Below are positions 1 to 8,948 of a stretch of DNA of 64,000 bases, piece after piece. The position numbers and the translations under genes were made by a program. The stretch is taken from positions 3,607-67,606 of the forward strand of contig UQGP01000004.1 in the NCBI GenBank assembly GCA_900540625.1, in the 5' to 3' direction. The notes under the pieces are model-generated. The model worked only from the letters and a program-made list of their open reading frames with translations. It was not told the DNA's origin and did not search any database. How positions within the stretch are numbered: the stretch's first letter is position 1; every line of letters starts with the position of its first letter. The DNA comes from an uncultured Porphyromonadaceae bacterium. GTDB taxonomy: Bacteria > Bacteroidota > Bacteroidia > Bacteroidales > Muribaculaceae.

Positions 1-1654
1 TTTGCGAATTTTTCCCCAAAAGGCGTTTCGTGACCAAGAAAAAACTGGATATATGCAAAAACAGAGCAAAAAAAGGCGTATTTCCCCCGTTTTTTTCCTG
101 TTTCGCCATTATTGACCACATTTTCGCCAGATTGAAAGCAATGGCGAAGAAGGCAAAGTCCATAGTGACCTTGTCTTTGCCGAAGTGACGGAAACGGCGG
201 TATGCCTTGTTATACTTCATCTGTCCGAAGACTGCTTCCGGTTCGATGCACCGACGCCCGCGGTGTTTGAGGCCTTCTTCCGATGTTAGAAGTTCTCGGG
301 CTTTTCGTTTGTATTCGTTCAGACGGTGGTTGACTTCGATAGTGCGTCTGTCTCCAGCGGCCTTATAGCATAGGCAGCGTAATGGACAGCCTTTGCAGTT
401 TTGGGCGCGATAGCGCGCGTTCTCGCTACGATAGCCGCTTGCGGTTTTCGAGTGTTTGGTCCCGATGCGCGTCATATGTTGCCCCATCGGACATACATAG
501 TAGTCTTCGGTGGCATTGTAGTAGAAGCTGTCATAGCGAAAGGGGTCCGGCTTGTAGCGCGGACGCTGTTCAAGGTGGAAGCGGTTGTATTTGACGTATG
601 CGTCCATTCCGGCCTCGTCCATAAACCGGTAGTTCTCTTCCGAGCCATAGCCGGAATCGGCGACCGCTATCCGGGGCAGGTGTCCGTATCTGTTGAGGAA
701 AGAGTTGAAGAACGGTATCAACGTAAGTGTGTCCGTGGGGTTGGGGAATAAGGCAAAGTCGGTGATAAACTGGTCCTCGGTCGATATTTGCAGGTTGTAG
801 CCGGGCTTGGTCTGGCCGTTGTTCATCGCGTCCTCCTTCATGCGCATAAACGTAGCGTCCGGGTCGGTCTTGGACATGGAGTTCCGTGTGCCAATCTGCT
901 CCATCCTGCCGTCATATTCGGCTAACTTGTCGCGATGGCCTTCAAGTTCTTTTATCTGCTTATTTCGCTCGCGGCGTTCTTTCCTTTCTTCTTTGCCCTT
1001 TGGCTCAGGCTGTGAGGCAAGCGTTTCTTTCAGCTCGGCGATGATAGATGTCAGCGCCTCGGGCGTGAATTCGACCTTGTCCTGTTCTGTGGCGTTGTCT
1101 TGCGCTATGGCTTCGTCTATCTGCTGTAGCAACACGCGTATCTTGTCCTGTAGCTTTGCCCTGTTTCGCTCCACGGTCTTGCGCCACACGAAGGTGTATT
1201 TGTTGGCCTTTGACTCTATCTTTGTCCCGTCTATGTATTCCACGTCCAGCGTGACAAGGCCGCGACCTGCCAGCAGCAGCACTATCTGGGTGAATATGTT
1301 GTTAATCTCTTCCTTGACGCGGTTGCGGAAGCGGTTAATGGTCACGAAATCGGGGCGGTCTTGGTCGGCAAGCCACATGTAATGGATGTCGCGATGTAGG
1401 AGCTGTTCTATCTTACGGCACGAGTAGACATTGTTCATATATGCGTAGATGATGACTTTCAACATCATCTTCGGGTGATAGGCACAGCGTCCGCGCTCGC
1501 GATACAACTTTTTGAACGAACTTAGGTCAAGACTTTCCACAATGGCATTCACCATACGCACCGGGGCATTATCGGCTATTTCGCTATTCGGATCAATCGC
1601 AAGAAACAACCGAGTGTTGCATATATGCGATTTTGTATGTAACTTTGAACTCAT
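1..1654 (-). mobile_element. IS1182-family DDE transposase CDS. The start ATG is at 1654 and the C-terminus runs off the window start.
   Basis: Hand translation of the minus strand from 1654 gives an uninterrupted ORF of more than 550 aa (MSSKLHTKSHICNTRLFLAIDPNSEIADNAPVRMVNAIVESLDLSSFKKLYRERGRCAYHPKMMLKVIIYAYMNN ... DSGYGSEENY ... YKAYRRFRHFGKDKVTMDFAFFAIAFNLAKM). This matches the IS1182/IS5-superfamily transposase architecture. The ORF track missed it because the ORF is open at the window edge. Confidence 0.75.
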
Positions 1655-1789
1655 TAAAGTTACTTATTTATATATCACAAAGTTACTAAAACTTTTTGAT
1701 ATGACAAAGCCCCAGCTTGTGAAAGTTGAGGCTTTGTTTTATGTTTTACAACAGATTTAAAAATGGGGCTGCGCCTATTTTGACACAGC

Positions 1790-2125
1790 CCCCTCTTTCT
1801 TGATAGCGCGAATAGATTCGAACCCGAGTAGAGGGGTTCGTAATCGCGTAGCGCTTGCGTAACGAAGTGTAGCAAGAATCCCTCCAGCTCCACATAAAAA
1901 CAAGGAGGGGGCGCCCGTAGGGTGTCCCCTCCTTGTTTTTATAAAAGGATTAGATTAGAACCCGAGAAGAGGCGTTCGTTATCGCGAAGCGCTTGCGCAA
2001 TGAAATGGAGCAAGAATCCCTCCAGCTCCACTCCTTGTTTTTATAAAAGGATTAGATTAGAACCCGAGGAGAGGCGTTCGTCACCGCGAAGCGCTTGCGC
2101 TGCAAGGCTATGAGACATAGAAGCC
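1790..2125. repeat. Tandem array of three copies of a roughly 100-140 bp structured repeat, with cores starting at 1815, 1953 and 2054
   Basis: The core gattMgaacccgagNagaggSgttcgtNaYcgcgNagcgcttgcg recurs three times. The hairpins ggggctg...cagcccc (1764-1792) and ggagggg...cccctcc (1903-1932) and the repeated tccttgtttttataaaagg are also present. The spurious ORF 1922..2113 translates the repeat twice (PCFYKRIRLEPE). Confidence 0.7.
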
Positions 2126-2500
2126 TATTGCAGGTGGGTTGCTCTTCAGTTTACCCCGTATCCTCTTCGGCTTTCATCCGTAAAGTCCCATAAAATCGTT
2201 GACTTCCGATGTGATGTCATGAGGAAATCGTCGACATTACCGTCGAGGTCGATGACAATACTTTCCGGCAATCGAAAGCTGAAGATGTAAAGAAAACGGT
2301 TTGCAGAGAGAACTCTGTAAATCGAATCAGTCAAAATAACTTGTAAAGAGAAATAGAGAGCTGTCCCTGACGGGGTTAACCATATTAGTTAATCGCCCTC
2401 AAATCTGTCAACACTTTTTGGGAATAGACATACCATCCGGCTCCGCATATAAAAAAGGGCCTATATATACCCAAAAAAGAAAAAATAATAGCTAAGATTT

Positions 2501-2535
2501 AAACTATTATTAGTATATTTGCAGCCTAATAGTTT
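2501..2535 (+). promoter_or_regulatory. hipBA promoter with a candidate HipB operator
   Basis: The inverted repeat aaactatta (2501-2509) and taatagttt (2527-2535) brackets the Bacteroides -7 box TAtaTTTG (2514-2521), about 28 nt upstream of the hipB ATG. Confidence 0.45.
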
Positions 2536-2549
2536 AAAATAAAGCTATA

Positions 2550-2906
2550 ATGGAAAATATTTATATGCTCTCGGATGACGAATTGTGTCATCGTATAGGC
2601 GCAAAAGTAAGGCAGCTGAGGTTACGCCAAAACTTTACTCAAAAGTCTTTGGCTGAAGATGCTCAGGTGTCTGTATCTACTATAAAAAAAATAGAGGGAG
2701 GAATAATCAGTTCGTTTAATTCATTAGTTCGTGTGCTTCGTGTTTTGGGTGAACTTGATAAATTTTCTCCGTTAATAGAAGAAGACGAATTAAGCCCCAA
2801 TGAGTATTATGCGTTGTTGGAGAGCGAAAAAAAGAAACAACGTAAGCGTGCTTCATCAGTAAAAACAAATAAGATTAATAAACGTAAGGAGTCCTCAGAA
2901 TGGTAG
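2550..2906 (+). CDS. hipB: HipB-like XRE-family helix-turn-helix antitoxin
   Basis: A 118-aa ORF carries an XRE HTH (QKSLAEDAQVSVSTIKKIEGG). Its stop overlaps the start of the downstream HipA gene (ATGGTAG). It is AT-rich (about 38% GC) relative to the window. Confidence 0.7.
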   Translation: MENIYMLSDDELCHRIGAKVRQLRLRQNFTQKSLAEDAQVSVSTIKKIEGGIISSFNSLVRVLRVLGELDKFSPLIEEDELSPNEYYALLESEKKKQRKRASSVKTNKINKRKESSEW

Positions 2907-4180
2907 ATGTTGCAAGAGTTAACTTATATGGACAATTAATGGGCACTATTCGATGGAACAAAGACCGTGGTATAGCCCAATTTGAGTATACAAACAACTT
3001 TATAGGGAGCGGTCTTGAACCATCGCCAATATTGATGCCGGTCAGAGCCGGGAGGGTCTATTCATTCTCCGGGATAGGGGCTGAGACTTTCAAGGGCTTG
3101 CCGGGGATGATTGCGGACTCGTTGCCGGATACATACGGACGAGCGTTGTTTGACCGTTGGCTTGCCTTGACCGGGCGAAGCAGTAGCAACCCTATTGAGA
3201 CATTGTGCTATTTGGGCAAGCGATGCATGGGCGCATTGGAGTTTGAACCGGCCATTGCATTTCCTTATGACCGAGAAATGCGTATCGAACTTGATTCGTT
3301 GGTCGAGGTGGCAAATGAAGCTTTGATAGAAAAAGAAAGTTTCGGGACCAACCTTGACGCAGACAAGAAGGCCGCCATAGCCGAAATTGTACAACTTGGG
3401 ACATCTGCGGGAGGACAGAGAGCCAAGGCTATAATCGCTTATAATGAAAACACAGGTGAAGTTCGATCCGGTCAGATTGATGCTCCGGAAGGTTTTGATT
3501 ATTACCTTATAAAACTTGACGGAGTGACAGCCGAAGCCGGTTTCCGCGAAACTCAGAACTTCGGCCGACTTGAATACTCCTTTTCTCAATTGGTGAAGAA
3601 TTGCGGTATTGATATGAGCGAGTGTCGTCTGATAGAGGAGAATGGCAGAGCACATTTTCTAACCAAAAGATTCGATCGATTGAATGGGAATAAAGTGCAT
3701 ATGCAAACATTATGTGGAATAGCGCACTATGATTATCGTATGCCACGTTCCTTCTCTTACGAACAGGCATTTAATATAATGAGGGCTCTTCGTCTGCCTT
3801 ATTCTCAGGCTCAGGAGATGTTCCGGCGTATGGTGTTTAATGTCGTTGTACGCAATCAAGATGACCATACCAAGAATATTTCATTTCTTATGGATGGGGA
3901 TGGTAATTGGAGGCTTTCTCCTGCCTATGATATGGGCTATGCCTATAATCCGAATGGCGGCTGGACATCGCAGCATCAGATGTCAATAAATGGAAAGTTC
4001 GACAAGATTACTCGCAGAGATCTGTTGGAATTTGCCAAACGCAATAGTATTAAAGACGCTAACTTAATTATTGATGAGATAATAGCTAAAGCCTCTCAAT
4101 GGCCGACAATTGCACGGGAATGTGATGTGCCGCAGAAAATGGTAGACGTCATATTTCCTCAGATGAATCTTTTGGTTTAG
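2900..4180 (+). CDS. hipA: HipA-family serine/threonine kinase toxin
   Basis: A 426-aa ORF has an N-terminal HipA coupling region and a C-terminal kinase core (VGGQRAKAIIAYN, RNQDDHTKNISFLMD, YDMGYAYNP) characteristic of HipA. Confidence 0.85.
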   Translation: MVDVARVNLYGQLMGTIRWNKDRGIAQFEYTNNFIGSGLEPSPILMPVRAGRVYSFSGIGAETFKGLPGMIADSLPDTYGRALFDRWLALTGRSSSNPIETLCYLGKRCMGALEFEPAIAFPYDREMRIELDSLVEVANEALIEKESFGTNLDADKKAAIAEIVQLGTSAGGQRAKAIIAYNENTGEVRSGQIDAPEGFDYYLIKLDGVTAEAGFRETQNFGRLEYSFSQLVKNCGIDMSECRLIEENGRAHFLTKRFDRLNGNKVHMQTLCGIAHYDYRMPRSFSYEQAFNIMRALRLPYSQAQEMFRRMVFNVVVRNQDDHTKNISFLMDGDGNWRLSPAYDMGYAYNPNGGWTSQHQMSINGKFDKITRRDLLEFAKRNSIKDANLIIDEIIAKASQWPTIARECDVPQKMVDVIFPQMNLLV

Positions 4181-4239
4181 CCGTTTTTTTTAGGGGCAGA
4201 GTGTAACTTTTCGGGGAAAGCTGCGTCTAATAATATACG

Positions 4240-4749
4240 ATGAAGACAAACACGACATCAGACGCCAAGGATAAGGAAGCTCGCTTCAAAGATTTGTTGC
4301 GTCAGCATAACACTATGCTCTATAAAGTGTGTTTCCTGTACCACAGCGCAGATGCACCTGTCGATGACCTGTACCAGGAGACCGTAGCCAATATTTGGAA
4401 CGGTATGGACAGCTTCGACGGGCGCGCCGACATAACTACGTGGCTGTATCGTACAGCCATCAACAGCTGCATCTCATGGCATCGGCGGGTCAGTCGCCAC
4501 CGTGGAACGGTGGATCTTGATAACGCTCTCGAAGTTTTAGTCGATGATGACAGCGAACGTGCCGAAAACCTTCGCGTCTTGTACAGAATGATTTCGCGAC
4601 TCGACCCTTTGGAAAAGGCGTTGATAACCTTATGGTTGGACGAACGTGACTACAAAGAAATAGCTGACATCACCGGACTGTCGCGTTCCAATGTGGCCAC
4701 GCGGCTTCATCGTGTCAAAGCAAAATTACAGAAACAATTGCAGGATTAA
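4240..4749 (+). CDS. ECF (sigma-70 family) RNA polymerase sigma factor
   Basis: A 169-aa ORF has a region-2-like motif (YQETVANIWNGMDSFDG...TWLYRTAINSCISW) and a region-4 HTH (DYKEIADITGLSRSNVATRLHRVKAKL). Confidence 0.8.
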   Translation: MKTNTTSDAKDKEARFKDLLRQHNTMLYKVCFLYHSADAPVDDLYQETVANIWNGMDSFDGRADITTWLYRTAINSCISWHRRVSRHRGTVDLDNALEVLVDDDSERAENLRVLYRMISRLDPLEKALITLWLDERDYKEIADITGLSRSNVATRLHRVKAKLQKQLQD

Positions 4750-4753
4750 AGAT

Positions 4754-5335
4754 ATGCCCACAAACGATATAGACTTTCTCAAACAACAATGGAACAGCAT
4801 AAAGCCCTCCGCGGGCGCTGCTCGCACCTTGGCCGACATCAATGTCAAAGGGCTTGATCGGGTACGTACTCTTACATACAAGGTTGCACGTCATCATCTG
4901 GTGGCAGCCGTAGGCGGACTGCTATTGCCTCCGCTCATTCTGTGGTTGTCCGAGTATATGCCGGTGTCACTATTGCTGATAATATGCTACAGCGCCTTCG
5001 GTATATTCTGCTCCGTCATCAACTTCTATGTCTATCGACGCATAAAGCGCAGCGACTATGTCAGCCTACCCGTGGTCGAAGCGGCCGAGCGCGTAGCCGC
5101 AATCACTCGTCTTATAGGGCGTTTGCGCATTATCAGTACAGTTTTAATGTTTCCGGTATTGGCCATGCTCTTTGTGGAGATGGCTGCTGTCGGAGATATC
5201 TACGTGGTCTATGGCGGCATCGTGGGCGCCGTCATCGGCACTATTATAGCTATCTTCCAATGGCGACGCATAAATCGCCACCTTCGTCTCCTGCGCGAAA
5301 TCTTCGACCAAAGCAGTGCAGACCTCGCCGAATGA
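4754..5335 (+). CDS. Small polytopic membrane protein coupled to the ECF sigma factor; putative anti-sigma factor
   Basis: The ATG at 4754 lies 5 nt after the sigma stop. The protein is about 194 aa with roughly four predicted transmembrane helices and a short N-terminal cytoplasmic segment. It has no FecR or RskA domain. Confidence 0.45.
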   Translation: MPTNDIDFLKQQWNSIKPSAGAARTLADINVKGLDRVRTLTYKVARHHLVAAVGGLLLPPLILWLSEYMPVSLLLIICYSAFGIFCSVINFYVYRRIKRSDYVSLPVVEAAERVAAITRLIGRLRIISTVLMFPVLAMLFVEMAAVGDIYVVYGGIVGAVIGTIIAIFQWRRINRHLRLLREIFDQSSADLAE

Positions 5336-5406
5336 GGCCGAAGTCGCAGATGCTAACAGAAGAGCAGAATATTTAATCTTCGAGATTTAGATTTTTAATT
5401 TAATGG

Positions 5407-5450
5407 TTGCCGATACGGAGAAATTGTTACTCCCCGTATCGGCAATGTTT
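5407..5450 (+). terminator. Rho-independent terminator hairpin downstream of the sigma/anti-sigma pair
   Basis: ttgccgatacgg-agaaattgttactcc-ccgtatcggcaa is a perfect 12-bp stem, followed by tgttt. Confidence 0.5.
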
Positions 5451-5581
5451 GTGGGCAAAGGTAAATAATTATCGCTAATCTTGAATATTTGGATAATATT
5501 ATCTAATTTTGTGGCGCAATTGCCAATAAACAACAAAGTTGTAGTGGCAAAATGATCGCTAAATAATATTTAAGGTATTTT

Positions 5582-8500
5582 ATGAAACAGTTTTTACTTA
5601 CCATTCTGTCAGCCGTATTGGTAACGACAGGCGTACTGGCACAAGGTACGATGACATTCACGACGTCTGCCCCCAAGGGGACAGAGGTGCGAATTCTCGC
5701 CAATGTTGTGTCTGCTACACAACCGCTGACCATTGACTTCGGCAATGGTGTCCAGCAGAAATTCACAATCGACCCCGATCAGGCTGCATGGCAGCGCTGG
5801 ATTAGTGGAACTATCGAGGGCACCACCATCACCGTGTCCGGACAGATAACCGAATTTCAGCTCCAAAATGCACAACTGACAACTGCCGCCATTGACGGTA
5901 TGTCAAAACTCACTAAACTCGATTTGAGCAAAAACTCCCTCACCTCCTTCGAGTTGCTCTCGCAGATTCCTCTGACAAGCCTTAACTTGTCACACAACAA
6001 TATCCAGAATTCGCCGTCGAACAACCCCACACTCACGCTCGAGAATTGCGGCAAGACACTGGAATGGCTTACGCTCAACAACAACACTGGACTGCAGTGT
6101 CTCGACGTTCAGTATCAAAAAGTGCTGAAATACCTGACACTCAACGATTGCCCGGATTTTGCCTCGATATTCATCTGCTTGCCCGAAAGCTCGCAGAACA
6201 CACTGACGAGCATAAACCTGAGCAACTGCAGCTTGAACAACTTTTATCCTGTATCGCTGCCCTCACTGCACACGCTCATTCTCAGCAACAACCGCCTGAT
6301 GACCACAGGCACTGACAACCCCTTCGTCCTCGGAGACTACCCCGAACTGACATCACTCGCATTGAGCAACAACAAGAGCGTAGACGCGTTGGACGTGACC
6401 AAATGTACCAAGCTCGAAGAACTATTCATAAACGGATGCAACTTCGAGCTAATCGACATCTCACAAGCACCGGCTCTGCGCATTCTCAATGTCGCTGACA
6501 ACAAAATCCACAGCCTCGACCTGGGCAACAACACCGCCATAAGCACACTCAACATATCCGGCAACCCCATAACTACGCTTGATGTTTCCAAGCTTCCGAG
6601 CATCACATCTCTCAACATCAGCAATACGCAGATTTCGCGCGTCGACCTTATGGAGGCCTATTTTCTCAAATCCTTCTACGCATCAAACACGTTGCTTGAG
6701 TTTGTTGACTTCAACGGTCTGCAAGCAAACCGCGTTGACCGCATTGACTTGCGCAACTGTCCTAACTTTACCCCCGAGTCAATGACCTACACCCTGCATA
6801 CCGTCCCGGTAGCAAAATCAAGCTACAGAACAGAACCGAACCTGCTCATCGCAGGCTCAAACGGCGAGCATGCCGACACAAGCTATCCGACAAGTTCGGA
6901 TTTCCAATGGATATGTGACGTTCAGGGCGACGGCACCGCGACAAACTCCCCGGTGGAAGTCACCCTCGACGGCGCTACTGATACCGGCGAAAACAAGACC
7001 GGTAAACTCGACAACCTCTACTCGCACTTCGGCATGGGTCTGGATTATGACCTCGACGTGATGCAGACCGATGGCGGCAAATTCATACTCTGCCAGTGGC
7101 AACCGCTGTACTTCCAGACAGTGAAAAGCGTCCATGATACCGCGCTCAAGGGCGTGCCAATGTATGTTTATTCATACCCAGAAAAAGGCAAACGCTTCAA
7201 GAGTGTAACCGTAAACGGCAAGGAAATATTCAGCCCGTGGTTTATCGTGTCCGAAGCCTCAACCATCAAGGTAAACTTCATATCCGAAATGGCTTCGGTG
7301 TCGTTTGACGTCAAGCAAGGACAGCAAATGTCTCTCCTGGTAAACACCGTGAAAGCAGGCAGCTCCGTATGGATAGACTGGGGCACGGGAACTCGCACCG
7401 AATATACCAATCAGAACGCATACATCTCCGGCAGCGACCGACTCAAAGGCACGCGCATCGACGGCTCTGCCGCGGGCACACGTGTTACCGTATACGGCGA
7501 CCTCTCAGGCGTGGATGTGTCCGGCTTCGGCGAGTACGGCACAGCAATGGGCCTTTGGGACAACCAAATTCAGGCAATGGACCTCTCCAACGCCCCCAAC
7601 CTGAAATACTTCAACGGATACTGGAATCCCATCAAGTCTATCGACCTGTCGCATAACACCGCTCTCGAGGTTCTCAACCTCAGCTACACCGGTCTTAAAA
7701 CTATTGACCTCTCTAACAATCCGAACATTATCATGCTTGAGGCATATTCGGATTCGTTCGGTGATGAGGAGGAAGGCATAGCTTTGCTCGACGCTATCGA
7801 CGTTTCGAATATGCCTTACCTCCAGTATCTGGATGTGAAAGGCAACAACCTCACATCTCTTGATGTGACCAATAACAAATACCTCAAATGGCTCTACGCA
7901 CAGAACAATAAGATTACGTCAATCGATGTGTCTAAAAACTCCGAACTCGTTGAATTGAGCCTGTCAAGCAATGGTATATCGAGCATTGACCTGTCAAACA
8001 ATACCGCCCTTACCGACCTGGCAGTTGGTAGCAACCTCCTGACCTGTATTGACCTTTCTCATAACTTGAAACTTGAAAGCCTCAATGTTTCCGGCAACGA
8101 CATCCACGCTCTTGATCTGAGCAAGAACACCAAGCTGCAGTTCATCTACATAAACGGCAACGGCATGACCGCGCCCGAACTCAACGAGTTCTACTATACG
8201 CTGCCACAACGCATCGACAATGGCGATGACGAGGACAACCAGCACGGGCTGGGCTACAATCTTGCTATCATTCAAGGAGGCGACAAAAAGCTGAATGAAG
8301 GCACTCGTGCAGACTCAAGCATCGCTATTGACCGCGGATGGACTCCGAGCCACCAAGGCACCAATGGCGGATGCGAATGGGCATACCTCGACATCATAAA
8401 CCCGATCCACGGCACCATCAAGGTGGTTGACGCAGAGGGCAACGAATACGCCAACGGCTCAAAGGTAACTAAATACCTCCCGTTAACTATCATCGCAACC

Positions 8501-8848
8501 CCTGACGACGGCTACTCATTCAACACATACTCGCTCAACGATGAGGAGGCTGTTAAAAGCAACAAATTTGAGATGCCCGGCATATACACAAAGCTTCAAG
8601 TCAATTTCGCCAAGGGCGGCGGTGTTGACGATGTAGCAACCGATGACATGACAATCACCGCAGTGCGCGGCGGTATCCACATTTGCGCAGACTCCGCATT
8701 TGCCACTGTATACACCACCAACGGCATCATTGCTGCCGGCGACGTGACCGTAGAGGGCGACCGTATGATTGAGCTCCGACCCGGATGCTACATTGTCCGC
8801 CTCAACTCAGACAAGGCAGTACGCTCCGCAAAGGTAATCGTAAAATAA
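5582..8848 (+). CDS. Secreted leucine-rich-repeat protein with a T9SS C-terminal sorting domain
   Basis: The 1088-aa product has a signal peptide (MKQFLLTILSAVLVTTGVLA) and many LRR units (LDLSKNSLTS, LNLSHNNIQ, LDLSNNPNI ...). Its C-terminus (GCYIVRLNSDKAVRSAKVIVK) fits the T9SS type-A CTD. Confidence 0.75.
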   Translation: MKQFLLTILSAVLVTTGVLAQGTMTFTTSAPKGTEVRILANVVSATQPLTIDFGNGVQQKFTIDPDQAAWQRWISGTIEGTTITVSGQITEFQLQNAQLTTAAIDGMSKLTKLDLSKNSLTSFELLSQIPLTSLNLSHNNIQNSPSNNPTLTLENCGKTLEWLTLNNNTGLQCLDVQYQKVLKYLTLNDCPDFASIFICLPESSQNTLTSINLSNCSLNNFYPVSLPSLHTLILSNNRLMTTGTDNPFVLGDYPELTSLALSNNKSVDALDVTKCTKLEELFINGCNFELIDISQAPALRILNVADNKIHSLDLGNNTAISTLNISGNPITTLDVSKLPSITSLNISNTQISRVDLMEAYFLKSFYASNTLLEFVDFNGLQANRVDRIDLRNCPNFTPESMTYTLHTVPVAKSSYRTEPNLLIAGSNGEHADTSYPTSSDFQWICDVQGDGTATNSPVEVTLDGATDTGENKTGKLDNLYSHFGMGLDYDLDVMQTDGGKFILCQWQPLYFQTVKSVHDTALKGVPMYVYSYPEKGKRFKSVTVNGKEIFSPWFIVSEASTIKVNFISEMASVSFDVKQGQQMSLLVNTVKAGSSVWIDWGTGTRTEYTNQNAYISGSDRLKGTRIDGSAAGTRVTVYGDLSGVDVSGFGEYGTAMGLWDNQIQAMDLSNAPNLKYFNGYWNPIKSIDLSHNTALEVLNLSYTGLKTIDLSNNPNIIMLEAYSDSFGDEEEGIALLDAIDVSNMPYLQYLDVKGNNLTSLDVTNNKYLKWLYAQNNKITSIDVSKNSELVELSLSSNGISSIDLSNNTALTDLAVGSNLLTCIDLSHNLKLESLNVSGNDIHALDLSKNTKLQFIYINGNGMTAPELNEFYYTLPQRIDNGDDEDNQHGLGYNLAIIQGGDKKLNEGTRADSSIAIDRGWTPSHQGTNGGCEWAYLDIINPIHGTIKVVDAEGNEYANGSKVTKYLPLTIIATPDDGYSFNTYSLNDEEAVKSNKFEMPGIYTKLQVNFAKGGGVDDVATDDMTITAVRGGIHICADSAFATVYTTNGIIAAGDVTVEGDRMIELRPGCYIVRLNSDKAVRSAKVIVK

Positions 8849-8948
8849 CCAATCTGTAACTAATATGACGCAGCCCGGTATCTCGGCAACGTCCGAAACC
8901 GGGCTGCTACTTTATAATACAACTGATAACAATATAACTCAAAACAGT

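Noticed and set aside
1815-1830. tRNA-like T-loop (ggttcgaatc on the minus strand) inside the repeat
   Set aside because: No acceptor, D-arm or anticodon arm can be folded around it, and copies B and C have ggttctaatc instead. It is probably a chance resemblance.
1922-2113. 63-aa ORF with an internally duplicated peptide (PCFYKRIRLEPE...)
   Set aside because: It is simply a translation of the tandem DNA repeat. There is no start context, and it lies inside the repeat array.
1790-2125. Possible CRISPR array
   Set aside because: The repeat units are about 100 bp, they diverge from one another, and no unique spacers alternate with them. No cas genes are present in the window.
2146-2334. 62-aa minus-strand ORF between the repeat array and hipB
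   Set aside because: It has no recognisable motif and no clear ribosome-binding or promoter context, and it lies in AT-rich spacer. It was left unannotated.
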